The notes under the pieces were generated by a model that did not search any database, was not told the DNA's origin, and saw nothing but the letters and a program-made list of their open reading frames with translations. Positions 50,581 through 60,904 of a stretch of 64,000 nucleotides of DNA are shown here, one piece after another (the stretch's first letter is position 1; each line of letters opens with the position of its first letter). This DNA is from Salinispira sp. (GTDB lineage Bacteria > Spirochaetota > Spirochaetia > DSM-27196 > Salinispiraceae): positions 1,824,001 through 1,888,000 of the forward strand of contig OZ271918.1 of assembly GCA_965602015.1 (NCBI GenBank), given 5' to 3'. The translations under genes and the position numbers were made by a program.

Positions 50581-51990
50581 TTACTCCAGGACGAGGCGGG
50601 CGTAGCGCTTTTTCCCGGCCTTAAGCACGATGCCGTTTTCCGTCATATCGGCTTTTCCAACCAGATGATCCGGGCTATCAATTTTGACATCGTTGACCCG
50701 TGCCCCGCCCTGCTGGACAAGGCGGCGGGCTTCCCCGTTTGAGCTGCAGAGACCGGCGATTTTAAACAGTTCAAGTACGCCTATCCCCTGCTGCAAAACC
50801 TCAGCGCTGATAGTAGCCGTCGGCATGGAATCAATACTGGCAGAACCGGCGCCGTAGGAAAACGCTGAGCGAACAGACTCCAGCACACTGTCTGCGGTCT
50901 CCTTTCCATGAACCAGGGCAGTGAACTCATAAGCCAATCGCTCTTTGGCCTGGTTGATTTTCTGGTCCTTCCATTCTGCCATCTCGTTGATTTCATCCAT
51001 GGGCAAAAATGTGAACAGTTTCAGGAAGGAAATCACGTCGGCATCGGCTACGTTTCTCCAGTACTGAAAGAAATCAAAGGGAGTGAACATCTCGGCGTCA
51101 AGAAATACCGCACCTTTTTCGGTCTTGCCCATTTTCTTCCCGTCGGAGCGGGTTACCAGGGGAAAGGTCAGGGCGTAGCTTTCCGCCTCGGATCCCTCCA
51201 CCCGGCGAATCAGGTCGATTCCCGACACGATATTACCCCACTGATCGTCGCCGCCGATTTGCAGCTGACAATTGTGCTTTCTGTAGAGTTCGAGGAAATC
51301 AAAGCTCTGCAGCAGCTGATAATTGAATTCAATAAAAGAAAGTCCGGTTTCCATTCGCATTTTGTACGCTTCGAAGCTGAGCATGCGGTTTACCGAGAAA
51401 TGCCGGCCGATGTCCCGAAGGAAATCAATGTAGTTCAGGTTGGCAAGCCAGTCGGCATTGTTGACGAATTGCACGTCTTCGGTAACGCCCGCCCGGGCAA
51501 AAAACGAACTGAGCTGCTTTTCAAAGCGTTTGCCGTTAGCCTCGATGTCATCGCTGCTTATCATCTTGCGCATTTCGGTTTTGCCGCTCGGGTCTCCGAC
51601 CATCGCCGTGCCTCCGCCTATAAGAACCGTCGGACGGTGACCTGCACGGGCGAGATGGGCAACGGCGAACATGGGAACCATATGGCCGGCATGCAGACTC
51701 GGCCCGGTAGGATCGGTCCCCACATAGAGGGTCACGGGTCCCTGGCTCATCCGTTTTTCCAGCCCTTCGAGGTCTGAGCACTGCTTGAGAAAACCCCGTT
51801 CGGCCAAAACCTTGAGGGCTTCGTTATGTACCCTTTTATCAGAAATATGCGTTCCCGGAGCGGTCCAATCTCCGTCAGAGGAGGGAGCCGCGGCCTGTGA
51901 GCCGGTCTCGGAAATGCCTGCGCTGGAGACTTCCGGGGGGCCTGAAGGTCCCCCGGCGGCCATTTTGAGTCGTTTTTTTGATTGCATCAT
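50581..51990 (-). CDS. tyrS: Tyrosine--tRNA ligase (start 51990 or 51963)
   Basis: YVGTDPTGPSLHAGH, DPSGK, QIGGDDQWGNI, KMGKT, C-terminal S4 domain. Confidence 0.95.
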   Translation of the reverse strand: MMQSKKRLKMAAGGPSGPPEVSSAGISETGSQAAAPSSDGDWTAPGTHISDKRVHNEALKVLAERGFLKQCSDLEGLEKRMSQGPVTLYVGTDPTGPSLHAGHMVPMFAVAHLARAGHRPTVLIGGGTAMVGDPSGKTEMRKMISSDDIEANGKRFEKQLSSFFARAGVTEDVQFVNNADWLANLNYIDFLRDIGRHFSVNRMLSFEAYKMRMETGLSFIEFNYQLLQSFDFLELYRKHNCQLQIGGDDQWGNIVSGIDLIRRVEGSEAESYALTFPLVTRSDGKKMGKTEKGAVFLDAEMFTPFDFFQYWRNVADADVISFLKLFTFLPMDEINEMAEWKDQKINQAKERLAYEFTALVHGKETADSVLESVRSAFSYGAGSASIDSMPTATISAEVLQQGIGVLELFKIAGLCSSNGEARRLVQQGGARVNDVKIDSPDHLVGKADMTENGIVLKAGKKRYARLVLE

Positions 51991-52072
51991 GCGTTGTACC
52001 TGTAGGTTTACCTTTTGCGGATTCCCTGAAAGCATTCCGCGGCCGCCGGAATAAGCGGCCTGCGGTATGGGG

Positions 52073-53404
52073 CTAAACCCGCTTGTATTCTTTGACGGCC
52101 TTCCTAATAAAGGCCGACAATTCGCTCACCGGTACCCTGACCTGCTCCATACTGTCCCGGTAGCGCAGGGTCACGGTGTTATCTTCCTTGCTGTCGTAAT
52201 CGACGGTCACGCAAAACGGCGTGCCGATTTCATCCTGACGGCGATACCGGCGGCCGATGGCACCGGATTGATCGTAGAAGGTAGAGAAATCCTCTCGCAG
52301 TTCCTTCTCGATGCTCCGGGCCAGTTCGGCAAGACCATCCTTTTTTACCAAGGGAAAAACGCCGACGGTAACCGGCGCGAGATCGGGGTGGAAGCGCAGA
52401 ACGGTTCGCACATCTCCTTCGGAGACCTCTTCTTCCTCATACGCGTCCGCCAAAACCATAAGAAGAGATCGACTGAGCCCCGCACTTGTTTCGATAATGT
52501 AGGGAACAAAGCGCTCCCGGGTCTGATCATCGAGGTAGCTCATATCCTTGCCGGAAAACTCCGCATGGCGCTTCAAGTCAAAATCTGTGCGGTTGTGTAT
52601 ACCCTCCAGTTCCTGCCAGCCGAAAGGAAACTCGTATTCGATATCGAATGCGGCCTTGGCGTAGTGGGCCAGTTCGTCAGGTCCGTGCTCGGCAAAGCGC
52701 AGCTTGTCCATCCGGATACCGATTTTTTCGTAATAGGCCATACGGGCTGCTTTCCAGGTTTCGAAAACCTGGTCGTCTTCTTCGGGATTGATAAAATACT
52801 GCATTTCCATCTGCTCGAATTCACAGGTTCGGAAAATAAAATTCTTGGTGACGATTTCGTTCCGGAAGGCCTTGCCGACCTGGGCGATACCGAAAGGAAT
52901 CTTGACGCGACCGGACTGCAGCACGTTCTTATAATTTACGTAAATGCCCTGGGCGGTCTCGGGACGCAGGTACACAGTAGTGCCCCCTTCGTCGGTGGGG
53001 CCCATGGTGGTTTTGAACATAAGATTGAACTGACGGGGTTCGGTAAAACTCTCCTTGGCGCCACAGTTCGGGCATGCCTTGGCCAAATCGATGTGGTCAG
53101 CCCGAAACCGCGCCTTGCAGTTTTTACAGTCGACCATGGGATCGTGAAAATTTTCCACATGACCCGAAGCTTCCCACACCCGGGGGTGCATAAGTATGGA
53201 TGCGTCGATCCCCACAATGTTGTCGTGAAGCTGGGTCATTTCCTTCCACCAGCGCTTTTGAATGTTGTTTTTGAGTTCTATTCCAAGGGGACCGTAGTCC
53301 CAGGCCGATGAAAGACCGCCGTAGATTTCCGAGCTTTGAAATACAAAGCCCCGCCTTTTGGACAGAGATACTATTTTTTCAAGGGTCACGTCATTTTTTG
53401 CCAT
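52073..53404 (-). CDS. glyQS: Glycine--tRNA ligase (homodimeric type)
   Basis: KRRGFVFQSSEIYGG, LRPETAQG, FRNEI, GAIGRRYRRQDEIGTP. Confidence 0.97.
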   Translation of the reverse strand: MAKNDVTLEKIVSLSKRRGFVFQSSEIYGGLSSAWDYGPLGIELKNNIQKRWWKEMTQLHDNIVGIDASILMHPRVWEASGHVENFHDPMVDCKNCKARFRADHIDLAKACPNCGAKESFTEPRQFNLMFKTTMGPTDEGGTTVYLRPETAQGIYVNYKNVLQSGRVKIPFGIAQVGKAFRNEIVTKNFIFRTCEFEQMEMQYFINPEEDDQVFETWKAARMAYYEKIGIRMDKLRFAEHGPDELAHYAKAAFDIEYEFPFGWQELEGIHNRTDFDLKRHAEFSGKDMSYLDDQTRERFVPYIIETSAGLSRSLLMVLADAYEEEEVSEGDVRTVLRFHPDLAPVTVGVFPLVKKDGLAELARSIEKELREDFSTFYDQSGAIGRRYRRQDEIGTPFCVTVDYDSKEDNTVTLRYRDSMEQVRVPVSELSAFIRKAVKEYKRV

Positions 53405-53479
53405 TGCTAAACTCCTGAGTAGTTGGGCCGGAATATTCCAGCATGGTAAACTCCGGCGGCTGCCGGATTTATACGGTGA

Positions 53480-54958
53480 TTAATCCTGAAGCAACTCGAT
53501 AGCCGCAGTAAGACGCCGCAGGGCGGTCTCCCGGCCCATCAGGCGAATAGAATCCGAGAGCGGCGGACTGGCCTTGCTTCCGGTTATCGCCATGCGAAGG
53601 GGCATCATGACCTTCCCCATGCCGGTCGAAAAGGCCTCGGCCATCCGCTCAAAATAAGCATGGAAGGCCTGTTCATCGAGATTCGCTATTTTATCGAAAT
53701 CATCCCGGATTGCTTTAAGAATATCAAGGGTTTGAGAGGGTTCCTGTTTTTTTTGTACCAGATCTTCGGGTCCCGAAAGGGTCACTTCGGAGAAGAGAAA
53801 GCCCACCACCGATGAGATATCGGACAAGAGCCTCATCCTTTCCTTTGCAAGGGGCATGACCTGGAGCAAAAGTCCGCTCTTGTCACCGGGAGCGTCAATT
53901 TCAGAGCTGTCCATCAGTCCATCGGCGATGAGAAACGGTTTGCACAGTTCAACAAGGCGGGCATCGTCCGCCCTGGCGATATACTGTCCGTTATACCATT
54001 GGAGCTTTTTGTAATCGAAGATTCCCGGAGCCTTGTTGATCTTGCCGTCGGCAAAAACCCGCTCGAAATCCTCCTTGCTGAAGAATTCCGTCGTTTCATC
54101 GTAACCCCAGCCAAGCATGGTTACATAGTTCATCAATGCTTCGGGCAGGTACCCGTCTTTTCTGAACTCAATGACGCTGGTGGAGCCGTGACGTTTTGAG
54201 AGTTTCGAGCCGTCCTTTCCCATGACCATAGGCAGATGGACGAACTTGGGCACCTCCCAGCCAAATGCCTCATAGAGGAGCACATGAAGGGCAGCGGAGC
54301 TGACCCATTCCTGTGCCCGCAGCACGTGACTAATTTCCATAAGGTGATCGTCGATCACCACTGCCAAATGATATGTTGGAAAACCGTCTCTTTTTAAGAG
54401 GACAGGATCGGGATTGATATCAACGTGCTTACGCCGGGTAGAACCGAGTATTTCATCGGCGACCACTGTTTCTCCCTCCAAGGGCACTGCGAAGCGCACA
54501 ACGAAGGGCTCGCCGGCGGCTTCTTTTTCGGCCCTCTCGGCCTCAGTCAAGTTCCGGCACTTTCTGTCATAACCCTGATGGCTGTCTTTAGATTTTGCCT
54601 GTTCTTCCCGGAGGGCTGCCAGACGCTCTTCTGTACAGAAACATTTGTAGGCCTTGCCCTCGTCGATGAGCTGCCGGGCAAACTTTCGGTACAAATCCAC
54701 CCGCTCGCTTTGGATATAGGGGCCGTAGCTGCCCCCCACGTCGGGACCTTCATCCCAATGGATGCCAAGCCATTCGTAGGTATCGTAAATATCCTGGAGG
54801 GCCCGTTCGTCAAAGCGATTTTGATCGGTATCTTCGATGCGGAGAATGAATTTCCCGCCCCTGCTTTTAGCCAGGAAATAATCAAATAGAGCCGTTCTCA
54901 GACTCCCAATGTGCTGCAACCCCGTTGGACTCGGGGCATAGCGGACTCGGACGCTCAT
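53480..54958 (-). CDS. gltX: Glutamate--tRNA ligase
   Basis: RYAPSPTGLQHIG, LRIEDTD, PTYHLAVVIDD, KLSKR. Confidence 0.97.
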   Translation of the reverse strand: MSVRVRYAPSPTGLQHIGSLRTALFDYFLAKSRGGKFILRIEDTDQNRFDERALQDIYDTYEWLGIHWDEGPDVGGSYGPYIQSERVDLYRKFARQLIDEGKAYKCFCTEERLAALREEQAKSKDSHQGYDRKCRNLTEAERAEKEAAGEPFVVRFAVPLEGETVVADEILGSTRRKHVDINPDPVLLKRDGFPTYHLAVVIDDHLMEISHVLRAQEWVSSAALHVLLYEAFGWEVPKFVHLPMVMGKDGSKLSKRHGSTSVIEFRKDGYLPEALMNYVTMLGWGYDETTEFFSKEDFERVFADGKINKAPGIFDYKKLQWYNGQYIARADDARLVELCKPFLIADGLMDSSEIDAPGDKSGLLLQVMPLAKERMRLLSDISSVVGFLFSEVTLSGPEDLVQKKQEPSQTLDILKAIRDDFDKIANLDEQAFHAYFERMAEAFSTGMGKVMMPLRMAITGSKASPPLSDSIRLMGRETALRRLTAAIELLQD

Positions 54959-55029
54959 TGAGTGCTCCGTTTACGTGGGTTATCCCGCCGCAGGCAGGAC
55001 ATCGCTCTGACTCAGAGCAATAGGCGGCC

Positions 55030-55058
55030 ATTATACGCAGCGGGGAATTCGCGGTCAA
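55030..55058 (-). promoter_or_regulatory. Sigma70 promoter of gltX(-glyQS-tyrS)
   Basis: TTGACC-N17-TATAAT. Confidence 0.75.
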
Positions 55059-55170
55059 GGACAGCTGGTTTTTCTGCCCTCGTAGACCGGCGAGCTGTCG
55101 CGCCGCCAAAAGGTCTGTCCGGCGGATATGCGGGGCGGAAAACCGTCGAGAACTCGGATCGGCGAACTGG

Positions 55171-55743
55171 CTAGAGATTCAGTGATTCCCAGTCCCGGCG
55201 AAAAAGTGCCATCTGGATAATGTCGTGATACTCGCCGTGTCGGTAAATGTCCTGCTGTAACACGCCTTCCCGGGAGAAGCCCAGTTTTTCATAGACCCTG
55301 ATCGCCCGGGGATTAAAGGAGTACACTTCGAGCTTGATTTTGTTGAGGTTCATTTCCCAAAAACCGAAGTTAAGGAGCAGCTTCATGGCTTCACTTCCGA
55401 AACCCTGTCCGGTAAAGCGCTCTCCGAGAAATATCCCCAGTTTACCGTGGCGGCTTTTCCAGTCAACGCCGACGAACCCGCACCCCCCCATATAATCTCC
55501 GGTTTTGGGGTTTTCGATGGCAAAGGAATAACTTTCGGGGTTCATGGCGCTTTGCCGGTCCACGAAACCTTCCTCGTCCTTCCGGGTGAACAGCATGGCC
55601 ACCCCGGGCATGAGAAACTGTTTTACCGATTCATCGTTTATTAACCCGAGAATGGCATCGATGTCGCTGCGGTCATAGGGTCGCAGGCGCACGGTTTCAC
55701 TTGAAAACCGCAGTTTCCGCCTGTGGTCAATATTTTCGTTCAT
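55171..55743 (-). CDS. GNAT N-acetyltransferase (RimJ/SpeG-like)
   Basis: GQGFGSEA, FNPRAIRVYEKLGFSREG. Confidence 0.9.
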   Translation of the reverse strand: MNENIDHRRKLRFSSETVRLRPYDRSDIDAILGLINDESVKQFLMPGVAMLFTRKDEEGFVDRQSAMNPESYSFAIENPKTGDYMGGCGFVGVDWKSRHGKLGIFLGERFTGQGFGSEAMKLLLNFGFWEMNLNKIKLEVYSFNPRAIRVYEKLGFSREGVLQQDIYRHGEYHDIIQMALFRRDWESLNL

Positions 55744-55761
55744 CGTGACAAACCCCCTGCG

Positions 55762-57069
55762 CTATTGCCGGTACCAGCTGAAAAAGTCGGCCATGTCTGC
55801 AATAACCTTTTTGAGAACATCTTTTTCCGGGAGGAAAACCAGACGGAAGTGATCCGGCCGGGGCCAGTTAAACCCGGTGCCCTGCACCAACAGGATCTTT
55901 TTTTCGATAAGGAGGTCGAGAATAAGCTTTTGGTCGTTGGAGATATTGAACTTATTCTGGTCAACCCTGGGGAACAGATAGAGAGCGCCTTTGGGCTTTA
56001 CGCAGCTGAGGCCGGGGATTTCATTGATCATCTGATAGGCGATGCTGCGCTGTTCCTCAAGCCGGCCGCCGGCGGCGGTCAAATCGGCGATGCTCTGGTA
56101 GCCCCCAAGGCTCGCCTGTACCGCATACTGGGCCGGCACATTCGCGCATAGTCTCATGGACGCGAGTATGTCGATGCCTTCCTGATAATCACGGGCCGAG
56201 TTGAGCCGGCCGCTGAACAGCATCCAGCCGCTGCGAAAGCCCGCCGCCCGGTAGCTTTTAGACAGACCGTTAAAGGTGACGCAGAGAATGTCTGTACAAA
56301 TAGAGCCCATGGCGATGTGCTCATGACCGTCATAGGTTATTTTGTCATAGATTTCGTCGGCAAACACGATGAGCTGATGCTCCGCGGCGATTTCATGAAT
56401 GGCTTCCAATACTTCCCGTGGGTAGACAGCGCCGGTGGGATTGTTCGGATTGATGACAACGATCGCCTTGGTGCGGGAGCTGACCTTCGAGCGAATATCG
56501 CGTATATCGGGATTCCATTCCGAGGATTCATCGCACATATAATGCACAGCCCGTCCGCCGGAGAGGTTTACCGCCGCGGTCCACAGAGGATAATCCGGCG
56601 AGGGAATAAGCACCTCATCCCCGTCGTTAACCAGGCCCTGCATGGCCATAACGATAAGTTCGCTCACTCCGTTGCCCAGGTAGATGTTTTCTAAATCTGC
56701 GTCGGGAATGCCCCGGGTCTGATAGTACTGCATAATGGCTTTGCGGGCGCTAAAAAGCCCCTTGCTCTCGATGTACCCCTGGGCATTTCTCAGATTATAT
56801 ATAACGTCGTGGATGAGCTCATCAGGGGCTTCGAAACCGAATGGGGCGGGGTTCCCGGTATTGAGCTGAATGATTTTGGTGCCCTCTTCCTCCATTCGCT
56901 TGGCCTCTTTGAGAACCGGTCCGCGGATGTCGTAGAGAACGTCGGCGAGCTTGCCGCTTTTCACATGAAGCCGCTGGCCCGCCTCGGGTTCGCTGGAGTA
57001 GAGCCTGGAGAGCTGCTGATCTAATACATCCTCCGAATTGGGGTTATTTTTTGCCGCTTCGTCACTCAT
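55762..57069 (-). CDS. alaA: Alanine transaminase AlaA family (PLP class I/II)
   Basis: YDIRGPV, LNTGNPAPFGF, GNGVSELI, DYPLWTAA, NGLSKSYRAAGFRSGW. Confidence 0.9.
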   Translation of the reverse strand: MSDEAAKNNPNSEDVLDQQLSRLYSSEPEAGQRLHVKSGKLADVLYDIRGPVLKEAKRMEEEGTKIIQLNTGNPAPFGFEAPDELIHDVIYNLRNAQGYIESKGLFSARKAIMQYYQTRGIPDADLENIYLGNGVSELIVMAMQGLVNDGDEVLIPSPDYPLWTAAVNLSGGRAVHYMCDESSEWNPDIRDIRSKVSSRTKAIVVINPNNPTGAVYPREVLEAIHEIAAEHQLIVFADEIYDKITYDGHEHIAMGSICTDILCVTFNGLSKSYRAAGFRSGWMLFSGRLNSARDYQEGIDILASMRLCANVPAQYAVQASLGGYQSIADLTAAGGRLEEQRSIAYQMINEIPGLSCVKPKGALYLFPRVDQNKFNISNDQKLILDLLIEKKILLVQGTGFNWPRPDHFRLVFLPEKDVLKKVIADMADFFSWYRQ

Positions 57070-57920
57070 GGTGATTCTTCCATCGGCTCAGCGCTGGCAA
57101 CCGCCGTGGATTGCCCTTCATAATCTTTAATCAGCCAGTCGCCCGCCTGCTGCAATACCGCGCTGAGAGTGAGGATATAGAGCCGGTCCTTGCGGGAATC
57201 AATTTTTTTTGCCCACAGGGCCGGGCTGTATTTCTTTTTTACCGCTGCTATTTGCCCGCGGTGTTTCTCTGCAGATTGGCTGTCCCCGACTACGGAAATC
57301 AGCATGTACAAACTGAGCACAAGCAGCAGATCATCACGGCTCTGCTCGGCAATGCGCCTGAGCACAGCGATTCCCTCTTCCTGGAATCCACTGCGCAGCC
57401 GGGCGAAGGCCCAATACCAGTCAATCCATCCGCCCAGTGAAATGCGGTTTTCATTGACCGCCGGTGCGAGAAATTCACCGAGGCCATTGTAATCCTCCCT
57501 GAGAAGGTAAGCGAGAGAGAAATTCAAGAGCTGTTTAGTGTGCAGCCTGGGCCGGATTTCCCGGACCAGTTCGCCCAGGCGCTGAATTTCATCCGGACGG
57601 TTAGACTGAACATACACGGTCAACAGTATCTGAACCGCCTGCTCTCCTACTTTTTTTTCCTCGAATACCCGGGTCTCCAAATAATCCCGAATATCGTCCC
57701 AATTCTGGGTTTCCAGTAGGGAGAAAAATTTCCAGTTTCTGATGAAGTACCAGTCCAGCCCCCCGAGAATTACCAGGAAGAGCAGCAATAAGTACCAGGA
57801 CCGCTGCCAAAACGGCGCCGCGTAATCCCAGCCGAGCATAAAAATGGGGAGCAGAGCTATGAACAGAAAGGAAAAGAGCACGATGGCGTTAAAAATGATA
57901 AAAATCAGCTTAAATTTCAT
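57066..57920 (-). CDS. Hypothetical membrane protein (two TM helices plus helical domain)
   Basis: AGGAG SD before MKFKLIF; two hydrophobic helices. Confidence 0.7.
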   Translation of the reverse strand: MKFKLIFIIFNAIVLFSFLFIALLPIFMLGWDYAAPFWQRSWYLLLLFLVILGGLDWYFIRNWKFFSLLETQNWDDIRDYLETRVFEEKKVGEQAVQILLTVYVQSNRPDEIQRLGELVREIRPRLHTKQLLNFSLAYLLREDYNGLGEFLAPAVNENRISLGGWIDWYWAFARLRSGFQEEGIAVLRRIAEQSRDDLLLVLSLYMLISVVGDSQSAEKHRGQIAAVKKKYSPALWAKKIDSRKDRLYILTLSAVLQQAGDWLIKDYEGQSTAVASAEPMEESP

Positions 57921-58030
57921 AGCTATTGCTCCTATAATATATTTAGGGAGTATAATTTTATTAGCTTTTTGATACAAGAGATATTACTTCCGGCCACCGC
58001 GGCCTGCAGGGCGGCGCCGAAAGGATTACG

Positions 58031-59203
58031 ATGAACGATTTTCTATTGAGCCAGATTGAGGAGGGAAAGTACTTCAATCTCGGAGCATTTCTGGATGAAA
58101 ACTACATCCTGCTCTCCCCCGAGACTCCCGTTAGCGAACCCTTGCTTGAGCGGCTAAAGCGATGGGATTACAACTACCTCTATTCCAATGGCGACATGAC
58201 CGACCGGCCGGGCAGCGCAACTTCTACCGCAAAGGGCGATGATGTCGAGGTAGCAAATCTCAACTCCCAGTTTAAAGAAAAGGAAGAGCTGGAGAGCGCG
58301 GAAAAAGAGTTTCGAAGCATGGTGGAGTATACCGAGAGAACGTTTACCCAATTCGTCACCCGGGGCGACCTTCCCCACGGCGCTATCTCCAAGAGGGTAA
58401 AGGAATTCGCCGAGGTCATACGCCAGTCCCGCCCCTATATGCTTCGCTACAATGAATTTGACAGCAACATTAACTACATCGTGGTTCAATCAGTCAAGAC
58501 AACCATAATCGGCATCATACTCGCCATGGAGTTAAAGCTCCCGCCCTTCAAGCTCATCGAGCTTGGAACCACCTGTCTTCTCCATGAAATCGGAATGATC
58601 AAGCTTCCCAGCCAGCTGTACATGACAGATAAAATCCTCAGTGAACAGGAGCGCCGAGCCATATCCGCCCATCCGGCGCTTGGATTCAAAATATTAAGAA
58701 ATCACGACTACCCCATGGCAATATGCCTTGGAGTCCTCGAGAGCCACGAGCATATAGACGGCAGCGGGTATCCCCGAAACCTCACGGGCGAACGAATCAG
58801 CATGTATGCCAAAATCGTCGCGGTGGCCTCGTCTTATGCGGCAATGAATTCCGACAGACCCTTCAGATTGGCGCTGGACGGACACCACGCGGTGCTCGAA
58901 CTCCTGAAGCACGGCCGAAGCCGCTACGATGAGCTCGTTCTCAAGGCTCTGATAAAGGCCTTTTCGGTGTACCCCATCGGCACCTTTGTGAATGTGCAAA
59001 ACGGAGCCCAGGGGATGGTCGTCCAAACCTTCCAGGAAAACCCCAAGACTCCCCATGTCAAGCTGCTCTTGGGACCAAACGGAGAACGATATCTGGAAAA
59101 CCCCATAGTCAATACAAACAACAACGACTACCGTATAATTTCCGTCCTTGCTCCAAGCAAGGCGAAAAAACTCCGGGAGGCCCTGCAGCTGGCCACATCC
59201 TGA
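58031..59203 (+). CDS. HD-GYP domain protein with variant motifs
   Basis: LLHEIG, HPALG, SHEHIDGSGYP, YPIGTFV. Confidence 0.85.
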   Translation: MNDFLLSQIEEGKYFNLGAFLDENYILLSPETPVSEPLLERLKRWDYNYLYSNGDMTDRPGSATSTAKGDDVEVANLNSQFKEKEELESAEKEFRSMVEYTERTFTQFVTRGDLPHGAISKRVKEFAEVIRQSRPYMLRYNEFDSNINYIVVQSVKTTIIGIILAMELKLPPFKLIELGTTCLLHEIGMIKLPSQLYMTDKILSEQERRAISAHPALGFKILRNHDYPMAICLGVLESHEHIDGSGYPRNLTGERISMYAKIVAVASSYAAMNSDRPFRLALDGHHAVLELLKHGRSRYDELVLKALIKAFSVYPIGTFVNVQNGAQGMVVQTFQENPKTPHVKLLLGPNGERYLENPIVNTNNNDYRIISVLAPSKAKKLREALQLATS

Positions 59204-59224
59204 TCCGCCGCCCAGGAGGTTTTG

Positions 59225-60904
59225 ATGGACATTCTCATCCACAGCCCCGACGGAAGACAGCATCAGCTAAAAAAGGGTATTTCCGGCGGTGAAGCCCTCG
59301 CCTCCCTGCCGATGTATAGCCATCTGTTTTCCGATCCTCCCCTCGGGGATACGCCGGTGGGCATCGTATTCGATAATGAAATCCGCTGCCTGACCGGACC
59401 GCTGATGAGCGACGGTACAATCGCCCCGATCCTGTTGAAGGATCCCGAGGGAGTGCGGATTTACCGGCGAACGCTCAATTTCCTCCTTGCCATGGCCTCG
59501 CTTCGATGCTTCCCGGACCGCCGTCTGATAATCGGACATTCCATCGGGGACAGCATGTTTTTCTCTTACCGGGGAAGCAATCAGGTGGAAGAACGCGATC
59601 TTCAGGAACTCCAGATAATCCTCGCGAAGCTCATCGAGGAAGGTCCGGCAATTGAGCAAAAGCTGGTCAAGCATCAGCAATTTGAGCAGTACTTTCAACG
59701 CAATTTCCGGGAGAACAGCCTGTTGCTTCTTCAGCATTACACCGATGCCATGATTAGCGCCTACCAATGTGCCGAGTATATGGACCTGGACTTCGGGCCC
59801 CTTCTTCCCTCGGCCTCATTGGCGAAGAACTATGAAATCCGGCGACACCGCGAGGGATTTGTCCTGGTTTACCCGCCTGGGGAAAATATCGAAGATAAGC
59901 CGCAGTTCGCGGATATCCGGGTGTTATCGAGAACCTACAGCGAATATCATCGATGGGCGGAAATTCTCGAAGTGGATACCGTCGGCAAGCTCAATTCACA
60001 GGTTGAAAAGAAACAGATCCGCGAATTTATCTGGGTGGCTGAAGCTCTTCAGAACCAGAAGCTGGCTGCCATTGCGCATCTCATCGCCGAACGCGATACA
60101 ATACCCAGGCTGGTGCTCATTGCCGGCCCCTCCTCCAGCGGAAAAACAACCTTCGCCAAGCGCTTAAACATTTATCTGCGGAGCCTGGGATTCAAACCCC
60201 TTACCCTTTCTCTGGATGATTATTTCGTCAGCCGCGACAGGACGCCTCTCGATGAGGAAGGAAACTACGATTTCGAGAGTCTGCATGCAATCGACGTCGA
60301 TCTGCTCAACAAACAGCTGGTAAACATCATAGCCGGCGAAGCGGTGGAGATTCCCAGTTTCAATTTCAAAACCGGGCGCAGCGAATACAAGGGAAGGACA
60401 TTGCAGCTTAGCCCCGACGGAGTGCTGATAATCGAAGGCATACACGGCTTAAACGATGCCCTCACACCCCTCATTCCCGAGGAGCAAAAATATAAAATTT
60501 ACATCTCCGCACTCACCCAAATCAACCTGGACGAGGCGAATCGCATCAGCACCACTGACAACCGCCTCATCCGCCGAATCGTCAGGGATTATCGATACCG
60601 GGGCTACTCCGCCGGGGAAACCCTGATGCGCTGGCCGTCGGTGAGACGGGGGGAAGAACGGAATATTTTCCCCTTCCAGGACCGGGCGGACAGCGCATTC
60701 AACTCCGCCCTGGATTATGAGCTCGCCGTGCTCAAACAACAGGCCGAATCGGTGCTCCGGCAAATCAAACCGGGGTCCGAACATTACGGGGAAGCCCGAA
60801 GGCTGATAAAGATCCTCCAGTCGTTTCTGCCGGTTCCCCGGGACTTTGTACCTGATAATTCCATTCTCCGGGAATTTGTGGGCGGAAGCGTTTTTCAGTA
60901 CTAA
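59225..60904 (+). CDS. Uridine/PRK-family nucleoside kinase with ThrRS-like N-terminal domains
   Basis: GPSSSGKTT, LSLDDYF, IEGIHGLN, TTDNRLIRRIVRD, FNSALDYE. Confidence 0.85.
   Translation: MDILIHSPDGRQHQLKKGISGGEALASLPMYSHLFSDPPLGDTPVGIVFDNEIRCLTGPLMSDGTIAPILLKDPEGVRIYRRTLNFLLAMASLRCFPDRRLIIGHSIGDSMFFSYRGSNQVEERDLQELQIILAKLIEEGPAIEQKLVKHQQFEQYFQRNFRENSLLLLQHYTDAMISAYQCAEYMDLDFGPLLPSASLAKNYEIRRHREGFVLVYPPGENIEDKPQFADIRVLSRTYSEYHRWAEILEVDTVGKLNSQVEKKQIREFIWVAEALQNQKLAAIAHLIAERDTIPRLVLIAGPSSSGKTTFAKRLNIYLRSLGFKPLTLSLDDYFVSRDRTPLDEEGNYDFESLHAIDVDLLNKQLVNIIAGEAVEIPSFNFKTGRSEYKGRTLQLSPDGVLIIEGIHGLNDALTPLIPEEQKYKIYISALTQINLDEANRISTTDNRLIRRIVRDYRYRGYSAGETLMRWPSVRRGEERNIFPFQDRADSAFNSALDYELAVLKQQAESVLRQIKPGSEHYGEARRLIKILQSFLPVPRDFVPDNSILREFVGGSVFQY

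Noticed and set aside
52067..53311. 414 aa ORF on the + strand
   Set aside because: Antisense shadow of glyQS with no recognisable motifs; expected from codon bias in GC-rich genes
54960..55030. T-box or riboswitch before gltX, glyQS, tyrS or argS
   Set aside because: Leaders are too short and lack the T-box motif and terminator
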